Shown piece after piece: positions 49,693 to 63,585 of a DNA stretch of 64,000 bases (position 1 is the stretch's first letter; each line of letters opens with the position of its first letter). A model generated the notes under the pieces. It did no database searches. It saw only the letters and a program-made list of their open reading frames with translations, and was not told the DNA's origin. The position numbers and the translations under genes are program-made. This DNA comes from Macrostomum lignano. Lineage: Eukaryota. The stretch covers positions 649,179-713,178 of the forward strand of contig NIVC01000104.1 in assembly GCA_002269645.1 (NCBI GenBank), written 5' to 3'.

Positions 49693-52149
49693 GACGTTGC
49701 CTGTTGGTTAAGATTTGAGCGCAAGTTTACAGTAGATAATGATTCAAGATGGGTTTCTGTAAGACCTATATATATTGCGGCGGGGCTCAGGACCGCAGCG
49801 AATGCTTATTGGACTGTGGATTTTCTGGCTTCTGAACTGAACTGAATGAGGGGGGGGGGCAGGTAAACAGACAAAGTGGTCGGCTTAATTAAGTCGTAAA
49901 TAAAAAGTGCGCCAATTAGTACAAATATTATTGGAAGATAAGCCACGTGTATTGCATTGCATCAACACGCGACAATTAGACTTGTGTCCGAATTACGGCT
50001 CAAATGAACTCCTCCAGATGATAACATTGATCTACGGACCTTTTTAGAGAACGTTTAATTATTTAATAATAAAGCATACAAATTTAAGGTAGAAAGTCAT
50101 CTTCTGCCTTGTCTAACAGAGGGCAGTGGAGGGTTCATCTGCACTCCGACTTTCCTGAGCACCAATCAAGCAAACCCCCTTTCACAATATACTAAATCTC
50201 TAAGATCTGTCTGTCTGTCTGACCGGTATTCCAGTCCACAGCCTGAATGCCTGAACCGATTTTTTTCAAACTTGCTTCATTCAATTGCAAATTCTTGTGA
50301 GATTGTGTGGGTGTCATTGCATTTAAAAAGTTCGAATGGGAAGATGGTTAAATAATCAAAAAAAGTTTTCCCTATGCTTTCAATGGGAGGCTAGAAAAGG
50401 TCAAAATCTCACTAACTGAATAGCAATTCCAATTAAGATTGCGCCACAACTTTTCTCTATTCACTGTGTAGGCCCCAATACTGGCTGCAGTGTGCAAGGG
50501 GGATGAGAATGCTCAGTGGCTGCGTGTGTACATTCTGACCCTGGCTGATTGGCAGACTGCATAGAGAATTGCTATTTATAGATTTCACTCAACTGTGGAT
50601 TGGCTCTGCCTGCATACAACCTGTGCACACTGAACAGCCTATCACTGCTATGTATTTGACTGCATTGCCAAAGCATATATGGCTGATTTTCGCGCCCTCC
50701 AATTAGAAAGCGGAGTAGCCGCAGTGTAGGCACTAGGACTAGGTTTAGGCTAGGCGTAAGGTCCAAGGTTCGACTCTGCCTCCTTGGTGGATGATTAAAA
50801 TTAAATTAATTCATTCATTCATTTATAGCTTCCCCTCAACTAATTGGAATATTTTTGTTGAATTCGCAAGGCACACTTAATGAATAATTTTTGCATATAC
50901 AAAATTATTCAAATTGACTAAGCAAATTTGATTTGTAAAAAAACTGCTTTGAGCATTACTTGTCGCATCAATGGGTATTGCCTACCAGCTCCATGAAAGT
51001 ATGAAATTGCTAAGCTGCTAAATGCTGAGAAAAAATTAAGATTCTTGAAAGGATCCTTTATTTCAGTTTGCTAAATATACTGAGGAGCCCACCGAGAGGA
51101 GAACTGCAGACTGCTAAGGGGAACTGCAGATTGGCGAAAAGATCATTCATGCAGACTGCAGAGGGGACAAACTGAAAACTGCTTAGGTAGTTCTTCCAGA
51201 CTTATAAGGCTATAGCTGCAAACTGCTGAGGGGGACTGCTTGGAGGATTGGTAGACTTCTGAGCTGTTGTTTGCTGAGGGGACAGTTCTAGGCTGCTGAG
51301 GAGATAAATGCTTAATAATTGTTATAGACTGCAAGGGGATAACTCCAAGCTGCTAAGATAATGACTGCAGTCTGTTTTGTAGGATTAGAAGGGTTGTTGT
51401 GGGAATATCTCAGGAATTGCTAAGATGTAATGGCTTTTTGGGGCAATTTCTGAGATTTTAAGGCCCATGGAGCATTGCTGATATGCCATGTCTTACTGGA
51501 AGAATTGCTTGAATTGAGGTTTCAAAGGCTTATGAGGGGAAGTGTTGAGATTACAAGGCTGAAGGGGGGAAATGCTGCAATTGCTTTCTTTTGGGGATGC
51601 TTGCTATTTAGGAATGAACGTATTGCTTAATGCTGATTTGTGCAAAGACTGCCGATATGTATCGAAAAGTAGTGAACCGATTAGTGAACCGTACTAAATT
51701 GTTAGCAAATTTTTATTGTAGAAAATATCATTGCAGCTTGCTAAGCAGGAGACTGAGAAGCTGGCCAACAGGAGAACTGCAGATTGTCAAAAGGATCATT
51801 CATGCAGACTGCAAAGGGGACAAACTGCAAACTGCTAAGGTAGTTCTTCCAGACATATAGATCATATCGTCTGAACGATCATATCATAGATGTAAAGATG
51901 TGAGATGTGCAGACGGAGTTCCTCCAGACCATATTCAGAAGCAATGATATGATCTTTTCTCCAGACTTATGAGCGTATGGCTGCAAACTGCTGAGGTGGT
52001 AACTGTGGATTACTGTGGACTGCTGAGTAAATTATTGTTTGCTGTGGGCACAATTCTAGGTCGCTAGAGTATGACTGAAGTCTGTTTTTTGGGATTAGAA
52101 GGGATAATTTCAGGTTGTTGTGGAGACTCAGTCCAGGCTTATTGGTTGA

Positions 52150-52620
52150 ATTGCTGAGATGTCATGGCTTTTTTGGGCTAATTTCTGAAAATTTCAAGGC
52201 TCATGGGAATTTCTGAGATGTCAAGGCTTACTAAGGGAATTCTTGAGATGTCAAGATTTCAAGGCTTATTGAGAGAATTACTGAGATGCCAAGGCTTATT
52301 GGGGGAATTTCTGAATGTCAAGGCTTATTGGGAGAATTGCTAAGATTTGATGGCTTTTTGGGGTAATTTCTGAGATTTCAAGGCTCACGGGGAAATGCTC
52401 AGATGTCAAGGCTTACTGGGGGAATTACTGAGATTTCAAGGCTTACTGGAGGAATTTCCGAGATGTCAAGGCTTTCTGGCCTGGGAGAATTGCGTAGATG
52501 TCAAGGCTCGAGTTTAATTGCTGATGTCGATGCTGACTGAGGGAATTTCTCAGATGTCAAGGCTCATGGGGATGGCTGAATTGTTGAGATATCAAGGCTC
52601 ATTGGGGTGGCTGAATTTTA
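52150..52620. repeat. Degenerate minisatellite of about 30-35 bp (ctgagatgtcaaggcttattggggaatt)
   Basis: Visible diverged units; related units at 51400-51560. Confidence 0.8.
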
Positions 52621-53025
52621 GGGGGGAGGGGGTTAGGTTGTTGAGCGATTGTCAGATCTTCAAGTTGTACGGCTCAAGTAGATCATTTAAATTGATACTG
52701 GAATAGTAAACAAAAATAATGCTTATTTCTGCTAATAGGAAATAAAGGAAATCAGGGATTGGCATATTGAGCTCCTGCTGCAGACCAGAATATGCCCAAG
52801 CCAATGAAGATATGCACTAAGAGTTTGTGCTTAAAAGGATAAGCACTATTTGCTGATTGAAAAAGGGTTTTAGGCTGATGAAGGAAACATTATAGGCTGG
52901 TGAAAGTTTTGATTCATGGCAATTTATTTTTGCCAGTAAGCGAAAAAATGTAACTTTTGATTAATGGAAATTGAAATTAATGGTTATTCTTGGGTCTAAA
53001 TAAAAACCACTTGGTGTCAATTTTA

Positions 53026-53250
53026 AGGCCCCCCAGCGGGGGGCTAAATGGCTAGTCCTATATACTAAAAATGAGTTGTCTGTGGGTATGTGGGTATGTG
53101 GGTATGCGATAGATTTCAGAAAAATTGGCTCAACCGATTTTCTTCAAACTTGCACCATTCGATCAGAAATTTTCCTGGGACGGTACATGCATCTTGGCTA
53201 AGAAATTGCTCAATGTTAAAGGGATTAAATATTCGAAAAACATGCTTTTT
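53026..53250 (+). mobile_element. Helitron-like 3' end (hairpin + CTAG) abutting a Helitron/DINE-like 5' end
   Basis: GCCCCCC-agc-GGGGGGC hairpin 53028-44, CTAG 53052-55, then TCCTATATACTAAAA, a short microsatellite and ccgattttcttcaaactt. Similar core at about 50185-50275. Confidence 0.5.
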
Positions 53251-53679
53251 TGCAAAGGTCAAGCAGCTCTTTCGACCTGAAATGCATTGTAAGAATGCTA
53301 GAGAAAAAACTGACTGACTGAATTTCAATTCTGATAAAGATTGCATCACAACAAGTTGAAAACAGTGCCGAAGAAATGCACACACGACTTGATTTAAATT
53401 GCGTAACCAATATTGCTAACTTGAACTGAGACTGATACTGGCTGACTGAGAAATTGATTATGTCATAACTTTTTACCCCAATTGACTTGCTGTAAGAATT
53501 GAATTATAAGTGCCACAATTCATGTACTCCAATTGAAAAGAGATAGCCTAGATACGAACAGACTGGACTGCCAACTTAGCGACCTGGGTTCGAATCTTAG
53601 TAGTGCAAAATAATTTTTTATAAAACACCTTAAAAACACGAAACTGCTAAACGTAAAAAAGCACAATGTCAAACATAAA

Positions 53680-55720
53680 AGAGGCACCATGTCAAACATT
53701 ACATGGGCACCATGTAAAACATATACGTGACTCTATGTCAAACATTAAAGAGCCACCATGTGAAACATAAAAGAGTCACCATTTCGAACATTAAAGAGCC
53801 ACCATGTCGAACATTAAAGTGCCACCATGTCAAACGTAAAAGAGCCACCATGAAGAACATTAAAGAGCCACCATGCCAAACATAAAAGAGCCACCATGTC
53901 GAACATTAAAGAGCCACCATTTCGAACATAAAAGAGCCGCCATGTAAAACATTAAAGAGCCACATTGTCAAACATAAAAGAGCCACCATGTAAGACATTT
54001 AGGAGCCATCATGTGAAACATTTAAGAGCCACCATGTCAAACCTAAAAGAGCCACCATGTCAAACATTAAAGAGCCACCATGTCGAACATAAACGAGCCA
54101 ATATGTCGTACATTAAAGATCCACCATGTCAAACATAGAAGAGCCACCATGTCAGATACTAAAAAGCCACCGTATCAAACATAAAAGAGTTACCATGTAG
54201 AACAAAAAAGAGCCAATATGTCGTACATTAAAGATCCACCATGTCAAACATAGAAGAGCCACCATGTCAGATACTAAAAAGCCACCGTATCAAACATAAA
54301 AGAGTTACCATGTAGAACAAAAAAGAGCCACCATGTCGAACATAAAAAAGCCAACATGTCAAACCTAAACGAGCCACCATGTCTAATATTTAAGAGGCAC
54401 CATGCAAAACATATAAGTGACTTTATGTCAAACATTAAAGAGCCACCATGTCAAGCATAAAAGAGCCACCATGTCAAACATAAAAGAGCCACCATGTCAA
54501 ACATAAAAGAGCCACCATGTCGAACATTAAAGAGCCACCATGTCAAGCATAAAAGAGCCAACATCTCAAACATTAAAGAGCCATGTCAAACACTAAAGAG
54601 CCACCATGTCGAACATAAACGAGCCACCATGTCAAACATTAAAGAGCCACCATGTCAAACATATATGTGACTCCATGTCAAATATATACGTGACTCCATG
54701 TCACACATAAAGAGCCACCATGTAAAACATTAAAGAGCCACCATGTCAAACATTAAAGAGCCATGTCAAACACTAAAGAGCCACCATTTCAAACATTAAA
54801 GAGCCACCATGTCAAGCATAAAGGAGCCACCATGTCAAACATTTAAGAACCATGTCAAACACTAAAGAGCCACCATGTCAAACACTAAAGAGCCACCATG
54901 TCAAACATTAAAGAGCCACCATGTCGAACATTAAGGAGCCATTATGTCAAACATAAAAGAGCCACCATGTCAAACATTAAAGAGCCACTATGTCAAACAT
55001 AAAAGAGCCACCATGTCAAACATTAAAGAGCCACCATATCGAACACTAAAGAGCCACCATGTCAAACATATATGTGAATCCATGTCAAATATATACGTGA
55101 CTCCATGTCACACATAAAGAGCCACCATGTAAAACATATACATAAGACTACATAACAAACAATTTACAGCCACCATGTCGAACATTAAGGAGCCATTATG
55201 TCAAACATAAAAGAGCCACCATGTCAAACATTAAAAAGCCACCATGTCAAACAATAAAGAGCCACCATGTTGAACATTAAAGAGCCACCATGTCAAACAT
55301 TAAAGAGCCACCATGTTGAACATTAAAGAGCCACCATGTCAAACATTAAAGAGCCAGCATGTCGAACATTAAAGAGCCACCATGTCGAACGTTAAAGAGC
55401 CACCATGTCGAACATTAACGAGCCACGATGTCAAACATAAAAGAGCTACCAAGTTAGACATAGAAGAGCAACCATGTGAAACATATATGTGACTCCATGT
55501 CAAACATTAAAGAGCCACCGTTTCTAATATTAAGGAGCCACCATGACAAACATAAAACTGGCACGATGTCAAACATTAAAGAGCCACCATGTAGAACATT
55601 AAAGAGTCACCATGCCAAACATTAAAAAGCCACCAATTCAAACATAAAATAGTCACCATTTCAAACACAGGAGAGACATTTTCAAACGTAATAAGAAGCG
55701 TCATGCCAATCATAAAAGAG
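53680..55720. repeat. Satellite array of about 22-23 bp (atgtcaaacattaaagagccacc), about 90 units
   Basis: Directly visible, with local higher-order duplications. Confidence 0.96.
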
Positions 55721-55784
55721 CCCCTAGAAAGCTAAAAGGAAATGTTGCACTATATACTTTTTGTCTGGTGGATGCTTGCTATTT

Positions 55785-55880
55785 AAGGATAGATACTTGC
55801 TATCTGGGGGTGCTTGCTATCTGGGGGTGCTTGCTATCTGGGGGTGCTTGCTATCTGGGGGTGCTTGCTATCTGGGAGGA
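55785..55880. repeat. Minisatellite of about 19 bp (gggtgcttgctatctggg)
   Basis: Visible tandem units. Confidence 0.85.
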
Positions 55881-56206
55881 GGGGGGATGCTTGCTGTCTT
55901 GGGATGTTTTCTTTTTGCATTGCGCTTCATTTGAGCAGTTGTTCTGTTGTCTTTGTGAAGACTCTATTTGGCGGTTTTTTTTTACTTGTAGAGAACAGAA
56001 GTTCTATCCAGATGTCCCCCATCGGGGGGCAAAGATTGCTAGTCCTTATCTAATTAGCATGTACATGCTCATCCGTGCCTGCTCAAGAAGTCATATCCCA
56101 ATTAAATTTGTCTCTCCGCCTAAACCCTCCTTTACTCAATCGTAACGTGTTGTCGATCCCACCTCTTCACGCTCTCACATTGAAGGGCCGCGCCTTCAAA
56201 ACCATC

Positions 56207-56469
56207 TATGCTCAGCAACATTAAAAAGTCGCCACCCTTTGACCCTGGACAATCATTTTGATATTAAAATGCTTGAAAAAACAATGAAAACCGGGCGGAA
56301 GCTTCAATCCATCAAATCTTCGCCCTCCGCTCTTCCCAATCCCTCCTCACCCAGCCCAGACTTTGCGTCGCGTGGCCCAAGTTGCGTCACTTAAAAGTCC
56401 ATACTGAGCTGGAATTTACCTATACTGCGCACTCTCATAGGTGGCAACTTTTTAATGTTGTTGAGTATA
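56207..56469. mobile_element. Tc1/mariner-like MITE with TA flanks
   Basis: tatgctcagcaacattaaaaagtcgccacc versus reverse complement of ggtggcaactttttaatgttgttgagtata. Confidence 0.65.
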
Positions 56470-56553
56470 CTTACATATTTAGATTAGCAGACTAGCGCTA
56501 ACCCTTTAGTAGCTCCTACTATACCTGTAGCTATGCTTTGTAGTTGTAGACAA

Positions 56554-56764
56554 GGATCCATGAGAATTGCCCGCCGAGGTTTGCTCGCAATGCTTTTTTT
56601 CCTGCAGTGCACTTTGTCAGGTTCTGTCTGCATTGCCCCCCCCCCAGAAAAAGCATTACGGGGAAAACAGCGGGAAAAAACTCGGCGGGTAATTCGCCCG
56701 ACGGGAAAAATGCACTGGGGGCCAAATCTCGGCGGGCAAATCTCGGAGGACAAATCTCCTGCCC
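56554..56764. mobile_element. Short non-autonomous element related to the MULE TIR family
   Basis: Starts ggatccatgagaattgcccgccgaggtttg (compare gggtccatgagacttgcccg at 27492) and ends with inverted aaatctc.gcgggc units; no clean TSD. Confidence 0.65.
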
Positions 56765-57680
56765 TGTCGATTTTGGTCGGTCAGGCCCGTGGACCTGATG
56801 TCAACGGCGACCGCGGAGGAGGCGGCGGCGGCGGCGGCAGCTTCTTGTTCGTCGGCGGCGTCGGCGGTCGCCTTCTGGTCGCCGCGGAAGGCGGGGCGGA
56901 GCATCCCTTAGTCGAAATGGCAAGTGAAACTGCTTTGAACTGAACTCTCAAAGTGGAACGCATGAGCAGCTCCAGTTGCTCAGGACACACTTTACTGCAC
57001 ACGGGCAAGCGCTCATACGCCTGCTCACACTGGGTGTACGGCGGCCCATAACTACATTAAAGTACTATAAGTCTATGGGAACCAATTTTTTGAGAAAATT
57101 ATTTAAAACGTTAAAAGGCACGCGCATGACAACCGTTCGCTGCCCTAAATCAAACCTTTTTTGTTTCTCTTGCTGCCTCCTTCCATTCTTAAGCAAGTTT
57201 GATGGATTTTCCTTGCCATTCTTTGTATCGACCAGGCTCTTCCGGTCAGTCAGGCCCCAACGGAAGCGACTCCACTTCTCTTATTCAATATGCCGGCTTC
57301 GGCGGCGCCAACGGCGACCCAAGCTTCAACGACCCCAGCAAGACCCCGGGAAACAGCCACCACGGAGGCTGCGGCGCCGGCTGGCTGGGCGAGCCAATAA
57401 ATCAGAGACTGAGCACTGATGACAGAGACGGCGGTACCGGCCCCGCCGAAGGCTGCATGGACTGGCGGCCTCGCCAGCTCCGGCAGCGGCGGTGGCCGTC
57501 GAGGCGCCGCTGGTGCTGGCGGCGGCTTCAGCGGAGGCGGCGCGGGTCTCGGCCTGAATCACGCCGGAGGGGGCGGCGGCTCCGCCTGCGACGGCTTCGA
57601 CTGCAGCGGCGTCACCGGCGGCAACTGCGGCAGCCAGCAGGGCCGGGTGGTGGTGCAGATGGTGCCGGGGCTGTGCTGGT
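56765..57680 (+). pseudogene. Inverted, 5'-truncated copy of exons 3-4 of the PAN/Gly-rich gene
   Basis: Reverse-complement similarity to 60312-60505 and 59575-60057. A 4-nt insertion near 57455 shifts the frame, and the terminal TGA reads TGG. Confidence 0.8.
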
Positions 57681-57717
57681 GCAGTCGTCAAGGAACAGAT
57701 GGATTAGCAGGTGCATG

Positions 57718-58152
<435 letters not shown>

Positions 58153-58554
58153 CAGAACGTTATGAGCATAAAATGTTTCTATGAACGGTAAAATTGAATT
58201 CCTTTAAATGTTCTGGACAAATTGGCACTTGGATGAAGTTGAAGTAGAAATACAATTGCTAATGTTTCTTTTCAAAATTCTTCTGAAATACAAACTATCG
58301 TATGCTATAAGTCAGTTTTCACAGCATTTTTACGCTCGTAGTAAATTCAATAAACAAATAACTTTAAGATAGAGAACTTGGCGTTTTTACTAGTTTTCAT
58401 CAAAAATACTGGTAATTTGCCTCATTACCAGTTTTAATTAATTAATTAATTAATTTGCCTACAAAGGTTATATTTTTTCAGCATTGAAAAAAATGTTTTT
58501 CGTCAATCTTCCACTCTGGTAACTATATAAAATTTAAGTATGGTGCCATACAGC

Positions 58555-59570
<1,016 letters not shown>

Positions 59571-59572
59571 GC

Positions 59573-60057
59573 TCAGCACAGCCCCGGCACCAGCTGCACC
59601 ACCACCCGGCCCTGCTGGCTGCCACTGTCGCCGCCGGTGACGCCGCTGCAGTCGAGGCTGTCGCAGGTGGAGCCGCCGCCCCCTCCAGCGTGGTTCCGAC
59701 CCAGACCCGCGCCGCCTCCGCTGAAGCCGCCGCCAGCACCAGCGGCACCTTGACGGCCACCGTTGCTGCCGCCAGCGCCGCCGCCTCCGCCGAAGCCGCC
59801 GACGCCGGTGTTGCCGGAGCCGGCGAGGCCGCCAGTCCAGCCTTCGGCGGGACCGCCGCCGCCGTCTCCGTCATCAGTGCTCCGTCTCTGATTTATTGGC
59901 CCGCCCAGCCAGCCGGCGCCGCAGCCTCCGTGGTGGCTGTTTCTTGGGGTCCTGCTGGGGTCGTTGAAGCCCGGGTCGCCGTTGGCGCCGCCGAAACCGG
60001 CGTTATCAATATAAGAAGCTGAGTCGCTTCCGTTGGGGCCTGACTGACCGGAAGTGC
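59573..60057 (-). CDS. Secreted PAN + ALK/LTK-type glycine-rich protein, exon 4
   Basis: Acceptor tccag|GC is phase 1. GGx[34 protein letters not shown] are typical of the ALK/LTK GRD C-half; stop at 59573-75. Confidence 0.85.
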
Positions 60058-60357
60058 CTGGACGTTAAAAACAGGGGTAAGGAAACCTGTAGAAGCGTTA
60101 CGAACTATGAATAATTGTGAATGTGTTTAAACCTTGACATACTAAAGTTTTTCAGGCTCTTATAGCTATGGTACATATCATAAAGAGTTTTTGTATTTTT
60201 CCTTATTTCATTCAGTGCGTCTGGCTGTGGAGTAGAGGTCAATAAGTGCCGGCAAGCGATAATTTTTTTCTTCTTTTTTGTGTCTTAACTAAAGAGCACA
60301 AAGACCTGTTTGCATGCATTCCACTGTGAGAGGTCAGTTCAAAGCAATTTCACTTGC

Positions 60358-60672
60358 CATTTCGTCTAAGGGACGCCCCGCCACCGCCTCCCGCGGCGAC
60401 CAGAAGGCGGCCGCCGACGAACACGAAGCTGCCGCCGCCGCCGCCTCCGCCGCAGTTGCCGTCGACGGCCGGTCCGCCGGCCTGACCGACCAAAACCAAC
60501 AGCCGGACGCCGGCAGTCAGGTTGAAGCGGCCCGACATCGAAGCTCCGCTGCCGCCAGCTGTACCTGCGAAGCTGTTGGAGCCGCCTGCAGCGCCCCGGG
60601 CCTCGATTCGGTAGCAGCCGGTCAGCTCGACTGTCAGCTGCTGGATGGAGCCGTCGCGGCCCGAGCTCGAGT
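60358..60672 (-). CDS. Secreted PAN + ALK/LTK-type glycine-rich protein, exon 3
   Basis: GSIQ...TGCYRIEARGAAGG...GRFNLTAG..L.VLVGQ.G...GGGGGGGSFVF...LVAAGGGG matches the ALK GRD N-half; needs a GC donor (G|gcaagt). Confidence 0.85.
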
Positions 60673-60714
60673 CTGGGGGTCAGTGAGGGTCAGCGGCGTC
60701 AGCTGAGTTGCTGA

Positions 60715-60975
60715 GCTGAGAATGAGCTGGCATGAGAATGAGCTGGCATGAGAATGAGCTGGCATGAGAATGAGCTGGCATGATAATGAGCTGGCATGAG
60801 AATGAGCTGGCATGAGAATGAGCTGGCATGAGAATGAGCTGGCATGAGAATGAGCTGGCATGAGAATGAGCTGGCATGAGAATGAGCTGGCATGAGAATG
60901 AGCTGGCATGAGAATGAGCTGGCATGAGAATGAGCTGGCATGAGAATGAGCTGGCATGAGAATGAGCTGGCATGA
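60715..60975. repeat. 16-bp intronic minisatellite (gagaatgagctggcat)
   Basis: About 16 units inside intron 60673-61001. Confidence 0.95.
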
Positions 60976-61001
60976 CAATGAGAACTTGGAACTGGACTCA
61001 C

Positions 61002-61349
61002 TTGAGAACTCGTGCGTGATGTTGAGCCTCCTTGACTCGATGACGCTGTCGATGTCGACCGCCTTCCACACCTCAGCGCCGGCCTCGGATCCCAGCGACC
61101 TCCACGCGTGACTGCGCGGCGGTCCGGCAGTTCGCGAGGCGTCCTCGACGAAGAGCAGCTGGCAGACGCGGCTGGCCTGCAGCAGGCTGACTGCGGCACA
61201 GCGCCTCGACCAGCAGCTGAGCAGGCAGTCTTGGATGGAGGCTGAGCTGGGCTCGCTGATGATGAGGCTGCTGACGGTCGGGTCGAGCAGGACCGGGCCG
61301 GAGGAGTTGATGAAGCTGCTGCAGCTGGCGAGCGCCTGCGTGAGGGAGG
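61002..61349 (-). CDS. Secreted PAN + glycine-rich protein, exon 2 (PAN/Apple-like domain)
   Basis: CLLSCWSRRCAAVSLLQASRVCQL gives PAN-type Cys spacing. Donor A|gtgagt joins exon 3 in frame (FSNSSSGRDGSIQ). Exact acceptor is ambiguous. Confidence 0.75.
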
Positions 61350-61605
61350 CTGGGACTGGCGGGGCGGGTTTGGGATGAGCGCCTGCGTGAGGGAGGCTGG
61401 GACTGGCGGGGCGGGTTTGGGATGAGCGCCTGCGTGAGGGAGGCTGGCGGGGCGGGTTTGGGATGAGTGGCTGCGTGAGGGAGGCTGGGACTGGCGGGGC
61501 GGGTTTGGGATGAGCGGCTGTGTGAGGGAGGCTGGGACTGGCGGGGCGGATTTGGGATGAGCGGCTGCGTGGGGGAGGCTGGGACTGGCGGGGCGGATTT
61601 GGGAT
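61332..61605. repeat. 47-bp tandem repeat duplicating the exon-2 splice-acceptor region
   Basis: About 6 units, spacing 47,47,41,47,47. Confidence 0.9.
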
Positions 61606-61637
61606 CAATCTGTCAAGCTGGAGCCTGATACACTCAC

Positions 61638-61689
61638 CTGTCATAGAAATTAAGTAGATGTAGAAGGCTGATGACATAAACATTTTCAT
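61638..61689 (-). CDS. Secreted PAN + glycine-rich protein, exon 1 (signal-peptide-like)
   Basis: MKMFMSSAFYIYLISMT, donor G|gtgagt, phase 1. Four exons total 1200 nt (399 aa + stop). Confidence 0.6.
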
Positions 61690-62169
61690 TCGAAAGAAGC
61701 TATTTTGTAGGTAATTTTTATATTTTGCAGTTTAGTCACAAAGCCAGAAGCAAAGCTGCACGACTTTGCTATTCACCGGAATTTATACACAGACAGGCAA
61801 GAGTGACGGCAACTGTGTGCAGGTTTGCTAATGGCCTTGCCTGTGCAAACAATGCGCTTCCCATTATTGCGTGTCTCACTGTTGGTAAACGGGATGTTTT
61901 ACTAAAATTGATCAAATAAAACGAATGAAGGCAGATGGGCTTCAGTAAGTTTTATCTGGCTTTTTTATTTGAAAGCTTTTTCTGTTGACTTCACGGCTGA
62001 CGCCACGGTCGCTCCCGGAGTTGTATAGTTTTCCGAGCGTAGGCAGCCAACGTTGAAGCTGCTGGAGCTGCTGGTGTCGCTGCTAACAAACGTTGGACCT
62101 GTTTTAACTCACAGGTCAGATCGAGAATCTAGCATATGACTGTGGACCATATTATGGGAGAGAGGAGAA

Positions 62170-62308
62170 CAGTGGCGCAACCAGGGGGGACCGCCTGCAC
62201 CCTAGGCGGAGACTTGAAAAAAATCATAGGTGCATTTTCGGCAAAATACAGAGACACCTCCTCCGCTCCCCCCTGGGTCTTTACAACAAATTTCTGGTTG
62301 CGCCACTG
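62170..62308. mobile_element. 139-bp MITE with perfect 15-bp TIRs
   Basis: cagtggcgcaaccag / ctggttgcgccactg, with GAGAA on both flanks. Confidence 0.75.
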
Positions 62309-62325
62309 GAGAATAGAGAAAAGGG

Positions 62326-63585
62326 GAGAAGAGAGGAGAGGAGAGGAGAGGAGAGGAGAGGAGAGGAGAGGAGAGGAGGGGAGGGGAGAGAAGAGGAGAG
62401 GAGAGGAGAGGAGAGGAGAGGAGAGGAGAGGAGAGGAGAGGAGAGGAGAGGAGAGGAGAGGAGAGGAGGGGAGGGGAGAGAAGAGGAGAGGAGAGGAGAG
62501 GAGAGGAGAGGAGAGGAGAGGAGAGGAGAGGAGAGGAGAGGAGAGGAGAGGAGAGGAGAGGAGAGGAGAGGAGAGGAGAGGAGAGGAGAGGAGAGGAGAG
62601 GAGAGGAGGAGGAGAGGAGAGGAAAGGAGAGGAGAGGAGAGGATAGGAGAGGAGAGGAGAGGAGAGGAGAGGAAAGAGGAGAGGAGAGGAGAGGGGAGGA
62701 GAGGAGAGGAGAGGAGAGGAGAGGAGAGGAGAGGAGAGAGGAGAGGAGAGGAGAGGAGAGGAGAGTAGAGGAGAGGAGAGGAGAGGAGAGGAGGGGAGGG
62801 GAGAGAAGAGGAGAGGAGAGGAGAGGAGAGGAGAGGAAAGGAGAGGAGAGGAGAGGATAGGAGAGGAGAGGAGAGGAGAGGAGAGGAAAGAGGAGAGGAG
62901 AGGAGAGGACAGGAGAGGAGAGGAGAGGAGAGTAGAGGGGAGGAGAGGAGAGGAGAGGGGAGGAGAGGAGAGGAGAGGAGAGGAGAGGAGAGGAGAGGAG
63001 GAGAGGAGAGGAGAGGAGAGGAGAGGAGAGGAGAGGAGAGGATAGGAGAGGAGAGGAGAGGACAGGACAGGAGAGGAGAGGAGAGGAGAGGAAAGGAGAG
63101 GAGAGGAGAGGAGAGTAGAGGAGAGGAGAGTAGAGGAGAGGGAGGAGAGGAGAGGAGAGGAGAGGAGAGGAGAGGAGAGGAGAGGAGAGGAGAGGAGAGG
63201 AGAGGAGAGGAAAGGAAAGGAAAGAGGAGAGGAGAGGAGAGGAGAGGAGAGGAGGAGAGGAGAGAGAGGAGAGGAGAGGAGAGGAGAGGAGAGGAGAGGA
63301 GAGGAGAGGAGAGGAGGAGAGGAGAGAGAGGAGAGGAGAGGAGAGGAAAGGAGAGGAGAGGAGAGGAGAGGAGAGGAGAGGAGAGGAGAGAGAGGAGAGG
63401 AGAGGAGAGGAGAGGAGAGGAGAGGAGAGGAGAGGAGAGGAGAGGAGGAGAGGAGAGAGAGGAGAGGAGAGGAGAGGAAAGGAGAGGAGAGGAGAGGAGA
63501 GGAGAGGAGAGGAGAGGAGAGAGAGGAGAGGAGAGGAGAGGAGAGGAGAGGAGAGGAGAGGAGAGGAGAGGAGAGGAGAGGAAAG
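62326..63585. repeat. (GAGAG)n microsatellite
   Basis: Directly visible polypurine tract of about 1.25 kb. Confidence 0.98.

Noticed and set aside
53545-53610. tRNA-like fragment (ggactgccaa...gggttcgaatc)
   Set aside because: Only a B-box-like motif; no complete cloverleaf.
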